Source: Octopus vulgaris
Lineage: Eukaryota
Direction of reading: 5' to 3'
Assembly (NCBI GenBank): GCA_951406725.2
Contig: OX597816.1
Span: forward strand, 149,048,001 to 149,112,000
DNA length: 64,000 nt
Every line of letters begins with the position of its first letter. Positions within the stretch are counted from its first letter, which is position 1. The notes beneath the pieces are model-generated. The model made no database searches. It was not told where the DNA came from and saw only the letters and a list, made by a program, of their open reading frames with translations. Positions 25,706 to 38,968 of this stretch are shown in pieces. Made by a program: the position numbers and the translations under genes.

Positions 25706-27949
25706 AGAAATAGTAATGAATTGTATGTATAAAAATGTCTGGGTAATATTGTAAGTCAATGGAGATATCACATTTGCACATTTTAGGTTACTTGTAAATG
25801 GGCCGTTTCATTTTAAATATTATGATTATGAAAATATGCTGAATAGAAGAGTTTAAATGAAAAAAAAAAAAACGAACCACAACATTGAGACAGAAGCTTT
25901 GGCTTGGAATGCTGTGTTCGGCAAAGGCGGGTTCACTTGGCCCTAGGATTTTCTCCAAAAGGAGGTTTTGTTGTTGAATAGCAAGAGAAGTAGCCTAATT
26001 GGGAAAGAGTAAACAAAAAGACTACATCAGGGAAGGTATATAAAGTTTACACTGATGTATGGAAATAGCATTAAAACAAAAAGTCCAATTTACAACAACA
26101 TTGAATGAAAATGAATAGATCAGAGAAATTCCTTAGATTCAAATGGTCAGCCAGGTTTCAAGTTTTAAATAACGGAACGGAAAAAGAGCAAGTTCAGCAA
26201 TATTTCAACGAAAAAATGTAATATTTAGGCAAAAAAACGTACCTGTGCACGGGCCTTCCTTCTTTGCATTTTACGGGTTCTATTTCGCTTATCAGAAAGA
26301 TTTGAGCGTTTTCGGTTTGGCATATCGTAAAATATACTACAAAAGAGTGACAAAAGGTTCTTAATTATATTTAAATCAATGATTTATAGCACCTGTCTGA
26401 TAAATTTCACTATGTCAATCGATGAACAGCCATTAGACAATATCATGCATCTCATGTTAAGTCCTGAAGCGTACGAAGATGCTTATATGGTGTAAAAAAT
26501 CGAATTTTAGATTAAAATGGGAGTTTAAAAAGAGCAAAAATACAAACAAAAAGTCTGCGTGAGCAAAGCACCTATCAAGAGAACAGAATGTACTCGAATG
26601 AAACGTTGGCAGAAGAGTGTCACAGCAAGTAATAAATCGAAAATTATTTACTTTGCGTTTTATTTACTTCGTTCACCAACATGTATCGTGCACGTGCGAT
26701 ACAAACATGTATCGCGAATCTATTCATTTGCATACGCGCAAGTCGTTGTAGGATCTACTACTTATGACTAGCTAGCGCGGATGCGCGACTCCGAGTGCGC
26801 GCAGCACCGGGACCGCTGTTCGCTTCGCTAGTAGTACCAAATACACTACGTTAGTTTCGTGTTTCATTGAAGCACGTTGATAAATTATTATTAATTTTTG
26901 TTTTTATAAAGTCCCTAAGGCTTCGTATTTTATTCCCAGAAAGTTTGTTATAAGAAACAATTCGATTACAGAGTTTTTCTTTGCTAATATTTTAAAAAAC
27001 GTATTGTGCGTAATGCCGAGTTTTTCTAGATTTTCTATGCAGTATATATAATTAAGATATAGCATCACATCTATGTAGAAGATAGTTACATGATACAAAT
27101 ATTATTCACTAAAGCACGGCAGGCATGATTAACCAGTCATGGCAAGTAAAAAATATGGATGACTCGGAGGAAACAAAAGAATTATGCTATTTAAGATGTG
27201 AAAATAATAGAACCACATTAAACGATTTTCGAGTATTTCATAATAGCAAAGTGAAGGGAATAAATTAAACCTACCCGAGAAGGGACAACAGTCGCTGAAA
27301 TATTCGTTTTCAGAGACTCCAAGTTCGATAACTCTTCTTACTTATTGAATTAGCTTTTTCAACTAGCCTCGGATAAACATCAATGATGATATCTCGGCTG
27401 AGCAAAGCTTCAAATTTCAGTAAAATATTATTTAACGTCAATGGATTTGAAATTATTTATATTTAAGTAAATATTTATACTCAATTTCTGTCTACCAAAT
27501 CCACTCACAAGGCTTTGGTCAGCCCAAGGCTATTGTAGAAGATACTTGCCCAAGGTGCCACACAGTGAAACTGAACCCAGAACCATGTGGTTTGGAAGCA
27601 AGATTCTTATCACACACTTACACCTGTGCATGTATAACATAGTTCTCAGGGAGATTCAACATGACATGGAATGCAACAAAGTTTGCCCTTTTAAATTCGG
27701 GTACATACATATACTGAGGCCTATTCCCCATTTTTTTATTTTTCAGGAGTGGGTAGCCACAGCAAGACACACACCAAGCATTCCATTTATTTCCCAGCTC
27801 AAAGGGGCAAGTCCCATTCTATGCTTGGGTCAAGGCGTAGAACACAACCTCCAATATCAGCAGTGGGGCCTGACAGCTTATGCTGGTTTACACCCACTGT
27901 ACACTTTTGAGCAACATCAAAATTCACTTATCCATCTACAAACACTCTC

Positions 27950-28300
27950 CAAACTTTCCTATCATTTATAAACTCTCTTGCCTCTAACACTCCAACACCT
28001 CTAACTACAAGAACTTTTCTCACTCCATCTATCCTCACAGAGGTCTGCCTCTGGTTCTGCTGCCTACCATTTCAGCTTTCATCACCCTCCTTACCATCTG
28101 CTCCTCTTCCTCTCCATGTGGCCAAACCACCTCATCATTCATCTATCCAATTTGGTTGTTTTTCATTCATTCCTGCTCATCATCGCACTTCCTCATCCTA
28201 TCCATCCATATCACACACATCATAGCCCTCAGACATCTCATCTCTAACACATCTAGACGCCTCCTTTCCACCTCTCTGCACCATATAACATTGTTGGCAC
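27950..28300 (-). mobile_element. Highly degraded RTE-like LINE 3' fragment
   Basis: Reverse strand reads MRWFGHMER with GR-rich downstream remnants. Confidence 0.5.
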
Positions 28301-29459
28301 AATCACAAGAGGACTGAGAATTTTCTCCTCCTAATAAATCAATATTCCTGAGGTACAGGTACTATGTGCAACTGAAAGTCTTTGTCAAAATCTACAATCT
28401 GAAGAGAATCTTTCTGCATTCAACTTTTAGAATTTAGATCAACCTTCCAGAACCTGTAGTTAGGATCATCTCATACTTCAATATTTGATTTCCTAAATAG
28501 CCAGCAGTCATTTTCTTACAGAAACCATGAGCCAGTGACTGACCCTTTCAATTTCCCATCAAGAAGAAAACATGGATAGTCTTTCAGAAAATAAAGACTA
28601 TGAAAATTTTCCTTATTTAGAAAAATTTAGTACACCATTTTCTATGTTTGGAAAGGATTGATAGATTAATAAGGAGTTAAGATTATAAATGAAGACATCA
28701 ATGGTTAAGATTAAATTTTCCAAGTATATCCATCCTTTTGTTAATCAGTGGAGGCTACTGAGCATACAAATCATTGAAGATAATGTTAGACACATGGACG
28801 CAATGACCAATGGTTTGGGGATTTTGTTTAATTATTTTCTATTTTTTATGGGAAAATTTAGAAAACGAAGGAAATGAAATATTCAATTTTGTAAATAGAA
28901 AACTAGAAACAAGACTTGACAATTCAATTCAAATTTTACTTTGTTTTCTTTGTTATTGCCATTTTGTATGGCCAAACTGTTTTTTTTATTAGTGTAATTG
29001 TTTTTACTGATAAATACTCTTCTTACTAATAACCATAACATAAGAGTAGAAAATGTTTTATTTGTCAGGCACTCTGGAGCAACACATTGGCTGTAGAATT
29101 CCGTTTCCACCCACAATAATGTAGTCAGAGACCTAGCACCCTAATATTAGAGCCATTAAGCTTTCATAATATATTTTATAATGTTGTAAATTCTAAGCAT
29201 TAGAAGGGTTAGTGTTAGGAAGGACATCCAGCCATAGAAACCAAGCCAAAACAGATTTCCGTACTCGGTGCATCCCCTGGCCTTGCCAGTTCTTGTCAAG
29301 GTGTCCAACCCATGCTAGCATCGAAAACAGGCATTAAATGAGGATGATGATCTTTTTTATATTAAAATAAACAATTTAATACAAATTTATACTGTTATAA
29401 TTTTATTTAAATTTATATCAAATACAAAAATATCATCAGTACCATTTATACATAAGGCT

Positions 29460-30135
29460 ATCTTACCAGAGACTGGTTGTCATGCTAATATTGTTCATAA
29501 AATAATCAAGAAGATGATATCTTTTTTTGACATGGAATTGCCATTAGGACAGCAGAAATATTTGGTAAATTATCCTTACAAAACGGAAATTTGTCAACAA
29601 ACAGCCATGGGACTCGAACCCACAGTCTCTAGGACTCTCACTGACTGCTTTATCATTAAGCTCAACTGCCTGCTGGCAAATTCATATGCAAATTTAGATG
29701 TGAAATAGGTAATAGAACAACAATCTGTATATAAATATAAACAAACTACTGTTTCTTTTTTATAAACGTCAAAATGTGTATTGTGCCATACAAATAAGAA
29801 AATATTTTTCGAATGCTTATAAAAAACAAATGTTGATTTGCTTACATTTATATATATGTAGCTGTTCAATTAGCTATTTAGCGTCTAAATTTGCTAATGA
29901 ATTTGTTAGTGGGCAGTTTAGCCTAATAGTAAAGCACTCAACTAGAGTTCTGATTTCCACGGCTGCTTGATGACAAATTTTTCTGTTTTGTAAGGTTAAT
30001 TTATCCAGTGTTTCTGCTGTTCTAACAGTAATTCTGCATTTGAAAAAATATCATCTTCTTGTTTGTATTGTACAATATACATTTTGATGCTTATAAAAAA
30101 CAAATGTCGGTTTCTTTATATTTATTTACATATAA
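29460..30135. repeat. Imperfect ~300-bp-arm inverted repeat containing a tRNA-like (A/B box) unit
   Basis: acagcagaaata...ccttacaaaac (29550-29584) mirrors gttttgtaagg...tttctgctgt (29985-30020); minus-strand GGTTCGAGTCCC B box near 29609-29620. Confidence 0.7.
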
Positions 30136-31797
30136 ATGTTTTCTGATCATTTGAATTGCTGCCTTGAATCAAATATACAATTTCTGTTGACACACCAAAT
30201 ATCATGAAAATCAAATATGTGCAAAACTTAAGTAATTCCATTCAGATTATTACTTCCCTGTATTACTCCCATACTTTTTCTTTGTCTAACTGAAAGCACG
30301 TTTATAGTGACCGCAAGAGTTTTAGGTGTTTACGTTTTGTTCACAAAAATAGGAAGATTGGGTACAAAACTGTTTCCTTGATATGTGTAATGAGTGATTG
30401 AGTCTTTGAGTTGTTGAAAGAAACTTGGTTAGCATGTTCCCATAGAAGAGGGTTCTCACAGTCCTTGTTCACAGAAGCATTGTATATCTGGCATAAGGGG
30501 TTTATGCTGTTTATAGCTGACACTTGTGCACTGAAGATAAAGTATCATCCTACGTAGGACTGCATGTTGTTTAGTGTAACAGCAAATTGATAGAAAGCAG
30601 TGTTCTTTTATATATATTCTTTTACTAGACCCAATAACTGTTTGTGGTCATATGACTCTACTGGTGGATTCCTTCCAAAGGTTTTATTAATAATATCAAC
30701 TCCAGCATTTATTTAAGTCATCTACTTATTTTATCACAAGACACCATTCACAACCATTTTGTATTGGTAAACACAGAAACACTCTCACTCAACTTCAAAG
30801 TCAGGAAGGGGGGAGAGAGAGAGTGTGTGTGTGCTTGACAATGTGTGATAGCCTTTCAATTGAAAGCAGTAGAGAAGTTAACTTTCTAACTTAATGAGAG
30901 CCTCCATTACAGTTATAGACAACCCTGCTATCTAAGATATGTCATCAAAGGATTGGTTAAGAATATCTTGATTATGGTTTCCATTTTTTTCAGGATAGTG
31001 ATTTATAAAGTTGCAGTATTAAGTTTATCCCAGTCACCAAGCCATTGACCCTCATATATACACACACACTCATATATATATATATCATCATTTAACACTT
31101 TTGTTCCTATTGGAATGAGTTGGACAGTTTGACTGTATACAATGAGTCTAAAGATTACATTCTGTTCCAGTGTCTTCTTTGGCATGGTTCCTACTCCTGG
31201 ATATCCTTCCTAATGCTAAACAATACAAACTATACTGGGTGCTATTTTCATGTCACCAACACTAGCGAGGTCACCATGCAGCTGGCAAGACTACAAATTC
31301 TAAGGAGAGGATGGTTTTATGTAAGATGAAGGGTTAAACTATCATACTGTAGAGGAGCTACATAGTTACATATTGAAGTCACAATGATTGGGGGAAGCTG
31401 GGAAGAGATGAAATAGTGGTGATAAAGTTATGAGGTGTGTAGAAGTGAGTGGAAACATCTTTGGAATATTGGACAAAATGCTTTGTAATATTTCACATTC
31501 CAAATTCAAATCTCTACTAGGCTGACACTGCATTTCCTCCTAGCATCCCTTTACACCAAAGATGATCCTAAGTGCAGATGAACATAAAAGCCCATGACAG
31601 AATCACAAGGCATTTCTGTTCACACTGCAATTTCATCATCACCTACTGATACAAAGTTTCCATCGACTAACTTTCCCTCACAAGAAACTGAAAATGCAGA
31701 GCAATGGAAACAAACTCAGAACCACAATTTTGTAAAACGAATATCTTAACATCACAGCCATACCTGCACATGAAAGGTTATTTAGTCATTTTCTCTA

Positions 31798-32766
31798 TCA
31801 CATAAGATCATCTGCTTCATATAAACCTACATGTTTAAGATTTGTATGTTGTGTACATAATGGTACGTTGTCCCTTCCTGCTGTAAAAAGTCTTATAGGA
31901 TAGACACCTTCATTACTACCAGATGTCATAATGTTCTCAATTGACTGGATAGTTGCTATACTTTGGTGTAGCATTTTAGATGCATCATTTTGTATGGAAA
32001 TAGACTGGGAAGACCTTTTCTCTTCAATGCATGACACAGGAGGTAAGTCAGAAACTATAGAGCCTTCAAATACATTAGACTTTAATTTACATGTTGGTCC
32101 ATATATCACATGTGATACTGTATTGCTTGAAACTGGAGTGGATATGTAAGCCTCATTGTTCAGTTGACCATATTTCTCATTATCAAGCCCTACAGGTTCA
32201 GTTTTCACTCTGAGAACAAAATCAGAATCATTTGAGCAGTCACCATATGTATTAGCATCCAATGAGTCAATTTCAGATTCCTGTTCAATGACACCAGCAG
32301 TACCATTTTTAACTTGTGCTAATGCAGCCTCACATATCTCTTGTTTAACATCAATGACTTGTGTAATGAAAGATGGAGTAGATTGAGATGTAACTGATGT
32401 GATGGATGATGAAGGCAGAGATGGTTGAACTGTTGGCACTGTGATATTGGTTGGAACTGGCAGACCGGCTTGTGTCTGGTTCTGCCTAAGATCAGTCGAC
32501 GGTTGGTTTATTTTGTTTATAAGATTGTTATCACACATTTCTTCAAATTTTTTCATTTCTAATTGTTTTGCAATGATTTTTAATTGCTGTAAAATATCTG
32601 GATCAAGATCTAAATATCCATTGTACATGTATTCTGCAAATGCATTTAAAGCTTGTGTACTAACTTCTTCTGGAAAGTTTATTTGGAGAAACTTCTGAGA
32701 GGAAATATTTGTACTAAATACTGACAATAGTTTTGGACACACAGCAGATAGAATAACTTTATGTAC
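31798..32766 (-). CDS. BTB/POZ-domain protein paralog 2, last coding exon
   Basis: tttcag|GTA CAT acceptor; VHKVILSAVCPKL...FAEYMYNGYLDL...AKQLEMKKFEEMC; 969 nt open to TGA; tail homologous to paralogs 1 and 3. Confidence 0.9.
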   Translation of the reverse strand, partial: VHKVILSAVCPKLLSVFSTNISSQKFLQINFPEEVSTQALNAFAEYMYNGYLDLDPDILQQLKIIAKQLEMKKFEEMCDNNLINKINQPSTDLRQNQTQAGLPVPTNITVPTVQPSLPSSSITSVTSQSTPSFITQVIDVKQEICEAALAQVKNGTAGVIEQESEIDSLDANTYGDCSNDSDFVLRVKTEPVGLDNEKYGQLNNEAYISTPVSSNTVSHVIYGPTCKLKSNVFEGSIVSDLPPVSCIEEKRSSQSISIQNDASKMLHQSIATIQSIENIMTSGSNEGVYPIRLFTAGRDNVPLCTQHTNLKHVGLYEADDLM

Positions 32767-33793
32767 CTGAAATACAGAAAATAATGAGAAATTTTTTTAG
32801 CCATCTAATAATTGAATTGCAAAACATTTTTAAATATTACAACTCAATTAAAACAAAAAAATATTTATTCCAAGAAACTTCATGGAAATATCAATTGAAA
32901 GGTAAAAAATATATTTATTCATTCATAAATTGTCACTAAAGTTTCTGATACTTTATGTATAAAAATGCTATATTTTGCAGTGAGAAACTTGATTCAAACT
33001 TCATTTATTCCACTAGGATATTTAATTAATCTCTCTCTATATATATAATAAGCCAAATCATATGGCTTTTTTGTGGGGTTCATCTCTTTCTGTCACACAA
33101 CAAAGAGGTAGAAGAAAGTAGTAAAATTTTGCTGGGAGATATGGAAGAAAAGAAATTAAGCATTATAAAGAGAGGTGGATGAGATAGAAAAATAGATACA
33201 TGTCAGACAAATAGAGAAATAGCTACCAGTTAGTTAGCTAGTCTGACAATCAGGTGTAGCCAACAGTGAAATATAGGGAGAGATGAAAGAGTGAGAGAGG
33301 AAGAGATAGTGTGAGTAAAAGAAAAGATGTGCAATAAAGAAAGAAACAGCTCTACAATATAGGCAGGTAAAAAGCTATCATGATGAAATAAGTAGATAAA
33401 GCAGTGACTGTGCTGAGAGAAGTGGAAAAGAGAGTTTTATAAAAAGAGGTGGATTGGATATACAAATAGAAAATGAAGCAGGACTTGAGGAAAAAGATCA
33501 TGAATTAGTGAAAGACCAGAAAAGAACATCAATGTTGGTATAAAATAAACTTTACTTTTACTTTGCAAAATATTAACTAATAAACAAGATGTTTGTCATT
33601 AAGAAAATCCAAACATTGCTAAAAATAAAGATCAGTAAAAATTAATAATTTTAACCATCATCTCTGGCATGAAAACAAAGCTTCTTGAAAGATGTGTATA
33701 CTTGAGATATTTTGAACAGTTACATTTTGAAAATTATGATGAGTCAAATAGAAAAAGAGATAAGCATTTTAAATGTCAAGACAAAACACTTAC

Positions 33794-34094
33794 CATTACA
33801 GTTGATGAACCATTACCAATACTAGCATCACACAATTTTTTACTTTTCCACAGTGCTGCCAGGTTGGACATGACATGGAGCTGATGATCAGCAACAGCAA
33901 GTATTCTTTTCCTCTGATGATCATCAATAGCAAGTATTCTTTTCCTCTGATGCCAAGGCTTCCTAACACCATTTGGTTTGGGTACAGGTATCTGTGCTGA
34001 CTGAGCAACATCCATACACTGTTGGACTGGCATTTGGGAAGCAATTTGAAGAGAATTTGCAATTATCTGAGATACCTGAGTGTTAATCATGTGT
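33794..34094 (-). CDS. BTB paralog 2, exon carrying the BTB N-terminal half
   Basis: tttcag|ACACATG acceptor; ...HVMSNLAALWKSKKLCDASIGNGSSTVM|GTAAGT phase-0 donor at the same position as in paralogs 1 and 3. Confidence 0.85.
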
Positions 34095-34183
34095 CTGAAA
34101 TAAAAGATTATAATTTACTTCAGAATAATTTTATGGGTGAAAATGCAAATTCAATCATCAGAATAATTTCAGTTGCAACATAC

Positions 34184-34278
34184 TTATCAGCATCAAACAG
34201 TTGATCATCAGTCTGCACCTGCTCTGTATATTGTTGCTTCATTGATTCTTCCGAATAACATTGATTTGACAATTCTGC
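34184..34278 (-). CDS. BTB paralog 2, 95-nt upstream exon (AELSNQCYSEESMKQQYTEQVQTDDQLFDADK)
   Basis: ctttcag|GCA acceptor, AA|GTATGT donor and an 89-nt intron; joins in frame (AA+A CAC ATG) to the next exon. Confidence 0.7.
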
Positions 34279-37200
34279 CTGAAAGTATAAAGAGATACAT
34301 GAGTATCATAAAGAATAGTTTGCTTTGTAATGAATTTAAAAGTGGTGATTATTGACCTAACCAGCCTCTCCAATTCTAAATGAAGCTATTTCACATAAAA
34401 GCAGTAGATAAAAAGTGTATAATAGTAAGAAATGTCTTTCATAATTATTTCATCCACTCACTCATGAAAAATCTTTAGAAAGAAAGCATTTATAAAGGAA
34501 CATAAGGTTTATTAACAGATCTAAGAAATATTGTTCCCAGAAAGAAACATTAAATGAAAATAATAACAGGACAGTTACTAAACACAGAAACATCAGATTT
34601 TATAAAATTGCTTCAACTTATATAAAAAATTCATCATAATAATTGTTTAATGTCCATTTTCTATGCTGGCATAGACTGGACAGTTTGGCAGAGGATAGCA
34701 CCAGGCTCCAATGTCTGTTTTAGCATGGTTTCTATGAGTGGATGCCTTTCCTAACACCAACAACTTGACCGAGTGTACTGAGTACTTTTTACATGCCACT
34801 GACACTAATGAGGTCACTAAATAATTCACAAAACAAGACTACCTCTAACTTGAAACTAAATTAGTAAATATAGAGTCTGAAAAGTTACCTAGGAATCTAA
34901 AAATTTAATAATATTCATTTGTTAACTGTTTATTATTATTATTATTATACTAAAAGACAATTTTAAAATGAATACAAAATTACTTTAGTTATGACAAAAT
35001 GGTGCTGTTTATATCCTCCATTTTCAGCTTTTCAGAGATTACCTCTTTTAGTAGAATTTTCTATACCTCTTAATTTCTACACAGTTATTGTCCTTGAACT
35101 ATTGAATAGTCTTGGGTTTATAGATGTATGAATGCACCTTTAGATAACGCACAGCAAAATGTAATTAGCGAGAAAAAACATTCCTTTTACTAATACTGAT
35201 CATCCTCTCACAAAGATTTGTGGACAGGAAGATTTGGCTTATTATATATATAGAGAGAGATTTTTAAATATTACAACTAAATTAAAACAAAAAATTATTT
35301 ATTCCAAGAAACCTCATGGAAATATCAATTGAAAGGTAAAAAATATATTTATTCATTCATAAATTGTCACTAAAGTTTGATACTTTATGTATAAAAATGC
35401 TATATTTTGCAGTGGGAATATATAATAAGCCAAATCATATGGCCCTTTTGTGGAGTTCATCTCTTTCTGTCACACAGCAAAGAGGTAGAAGAAAGTAGTA
35501 AAATTTTTGCTGAGATATGGAAGAAAAGAAATTAAGCATTATAAAGAGAGGTGGATAAGATAGAAAAATAGATATATGAAAAATTATCAATGAAAAGAAA
35601 ACTTTCATGTTATTCAGGATGACAATCTTTCCTGAAAAAATAGTGATAAAAGTTAGATGCAAAAGTTTGCTATCATAATTTTCAGATGTCCAAATTTTGA
35701 CTATAGGTGTGAAATTTTTGATTTGGATAAACATAATGTCACAAATACATTGTTAGATACTGTAGTTATTGGAAATGGAATGGCTCCATGTCTTTACAAT
35801 GCAACCTTGCATGAAAGACAGATGCCTTAAGAAAATATTATAGGATTCACAAGTAATAATTGTTCTTCCATGATAGGCACTAAAAATAGATTTCACAAAT
35901 TTTCGAAAGATAATGTCTTCTATTTTCGTAATAGGATACACCACTCACCCTGGATACTAACCATGTTGTCATGTTCTCCTAGAGACAAGAGTTACTTCAG
36001 TGGAGGCACAATGGCCCAGCAGTTAGGGCAGTGGACTTGCGGTCGTAAGAACGCAGTTTTGATACTGGGCATTGTGAATTTCTATTGAGCAAAAGCACCT
36101 AAGCTCCATGAGACTCTAGCGGGGGGAGGGGGGAATGAACCCTGCTGTACTCTTTCACCACAACTTTCTCTCTTTCTTCCTACTTCTGCCACAAAGCAGA
36201 GGAACCATGGTGTAACCCACTATGGTGTGGAAAACTTTCAGACCCTAGTCTAGATTGCAAATCCTCTGTACCCCAGGATGGTTCAGCCCTCCACCCGTTA
36301 AAAGCCACCGTTTACGGAATGAGGATAACAACGTAGCTTTCACGTCCGTGCAACTGCCAGTCTATCACATGTGGTGGGTGGATCTTCAAGTTGCCACACG
36401 CATTCTTAGTAGCTTAGAGTAGGCTCGAATTAGAGATTATTCTTTGTGGCTAATGGCGTGAATCTTGATTGGAAGAAGACGAAGAAGAAGAAGAGTTACT
36501 TCATTCTCAGCAGCAGTACACTATAGGAGACTTATTCAAGGAATTGTTGCATCAAGTCAACACAAAATGCCTAAACAAAGTGGTTTTCTTGAGAAACAGT
36601 TATTACAATGATAGCAGAATAATTGAATACTTTATTTTCAAAGTGAATGAAAAGTTGATAAAGTTGATGTTGCCAGAATTTATATGGTATTAAGCAATCA
36701 CAGAACCAAGCACATATGACTTTATCATCAGTAGGTGCTACAAAAGAAGCACATACTAAAGATAAAGATGTGTGTATAGAAGGTGAATTTGCTGAATGTT
36801 GTATTTCAATCTGAGCATTTCAATTTACATTCTCCTTGTCTAATATCATTAGAATACAAAAATCTCAATTAAAAATAAAAAATTTATTGAAGATGAATTA
36901 CTGAAGAACATTACGTAATTACTGAAGAACATAAAGTAATTACAAAAACATTAATGGTGTTTACTTTGGGAGAAAGACAACAGCATATTTACAAAATTTA
37001 ATTTTTGATGATGAAAGCCATGTTAGAAGATTTTAAACTTTTTGAAATTCCTAGTGGAATTCAAGTAAGTAAAAGGTTTTTCTATTTAGTGAAGATGAAA
37101 TTATTGCTAAGTTAAAGATATTAGATCCCAGTATATAGCTTACATCTACCATTTCAGTAGCTGTTCGTTTTCCATACATCTACTGTGTCAGCAAGTAGTC

Positions 37201-37288
37201 TAATGCTTTAGCATTTAAACCAGCCATATCTATCTCAAATATTTTACCTTTTTTATGTTAACACTGGTCACATCCAGCCTCTCATACC

Positions 37289-38968
37289 GGGGCTCAGACA
37301 AAAGCCCCACGATTATATTTTTCGTTTTTAGAATTTTCTGTTGAATGTATTGACCCCAGAATTTTTTAAAAACTTTTTCTACTTAACAATGCTGGGACGC
37401 CACCCTGAAGAATATTTAGATGGCTGTATGGATCCCAGAATTTCTTTTTAAGCTTGATCAATACCACTTCTGTGATATAATTCATTTTTGTTTTTCTTTT
37501 TACTTGTTGCAGTTAATAAACTGCGGCTATGCTGGGACACCACCTTGAGGAATTTTCAGTTAACTGTATCGACCCCCAAATTTTTTTTAGATGATTTTAA
37601 ACCAGCGCATTAAGTTAAACCTGAAAAGTCTCTCAACATGCTAGAAATAACACCCAAATCGCTTGAAAACTTTATACCCCCCCCCCCCACCGTTATATTT
37701 TTTGGTTATTCCTCCTTTTTTTTTATTTTCTAAAAATCTTTTTACTTGCTTCAGTCACTGAACTGCAGCCATGCTGGGTCACTGCCTTAAAGAATTTTTA
37801 GGCGGGTGTATCGACCCCAGAATCATTTTTAAATGATTTTCAACCAGCACGCAGTTGAACCTAGGTCTCTAGATATGTTAGCAATAACAGCCAAATGTTA
37901 CAAATTTTTGGCGATGCTTCGGTATAGGTACACACGTGACTTTGTTTACATTTCTGAAGATAACAGAAACCCTTTTCTCACACCCCTAACCCTAACCCCC
38001 CACCCCATATATAAAAAAACACTTTTTTGAGATGTATCCGGTACTTCCGGAAGTACACCGGTACTTATACCGTAACATCGCCAAAGTTATTTTCCAAAAT
38101 TCCAATTTTTAAGTAAACAAACTATATTCAATCGAAAAACGGTGTCAAAACATCTATGCCTCTCACAATGGTATGCTCCGTGTGTGTCAATTATGTCCCT
38201 CGTTTTTAGAATAATTTCAAAGTTCGAAACTGAAAATAAATCAACCATAGCATCAATAATAGAATAACAGAACACAAGACTCATTACTAATCAGCGTACA
38301 TATTGTCTGAATTCCAACAGAAGGGAAAGTATTTACTTCAAGAAATGTGTAGAAACATAAAAACAATAAGTACGTTTGAATGACTATATAGACACATACA
38401 TAAAATGCAAGTAAATATTACACATGTCACTGACTTTTTTTTTTCCTAACAAAAACCAGAATTTGTCATTTTTATAGAGAAACACCCATCTCCCTATTTG
38501 GGCTAACGATAAAAGTACATGAGTGACTAGCCTTCTGTGAGACTTTCAACAGCCGCAGAAAGTTCAAAAGGCCAACTTATTCTCATTAATCTGTAAGTGC
38601 TGAGAGAAGAAAAAAGACTTTAAATACATATTTTAAAATGCTGATTTTTCTGCGACCAAAAATTCTTGAAGCTGGTGCCTCAGCTTGGCTGCAGTCCAAT
38701 GACTGAAACAAGTAAGGGGTCATAAAAAATTTCAAGAGATTTGGCTGTTATTTCTAGCATGTGAAGATACCTTCTAGTCTTAACTTCATGCGCTGGTTGA
38801 AAATCATTTAAAAATTTCTGGGGTTGTTTCATCCGACTAAAAATTCTTCAAGTTGGTGCCACAACATAGCCGCAGTAAAAGGTGAAAGGAAAAAAAAAAC
38901 GAATAATCGAAAAATGTAACCGTGGGGCTTTTGTCCACTTTCACTATGGGGCTTTTGTCCTACACGCC
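37289..38968. mobile_element. ~1.7-kb TIR/foldback element with a 7-8-bp TSD ((C)TCATACC)
   Basis: Left ggggctcagacaaaagcccc and right ggggcttttgtcctacacgcc; ctcatacc on both sides; long imperfect internal inverted arms. Confidence 0.7.
37910..38082. mobile_element. Small MITE (GGCGAT...ATCGCC termini) nested in the 37289 element
   Basis: GGCGATGCTTCGGTATAGGTAC...GTACTTATACCGTAACATCGCC; relatives at 40801-40925 and 9771-9925. Confidence 0.78.

Noticed and set aside
26200-26830. Candidate first exon and promoter of BTB paralog 1 (CAG|GTACGT donor near 26242, CpG-rich tract at 26690-26830)
   Set aside because: Plausible but unsupported without transcripts; the CpG tract could equally be a Helitron 3' end
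29600-29680. Possible tRNA gene
   Set aside because: B box present, but the stems are degenerate and it sits in a repeated unit; treated as a tRNA-derived repeat
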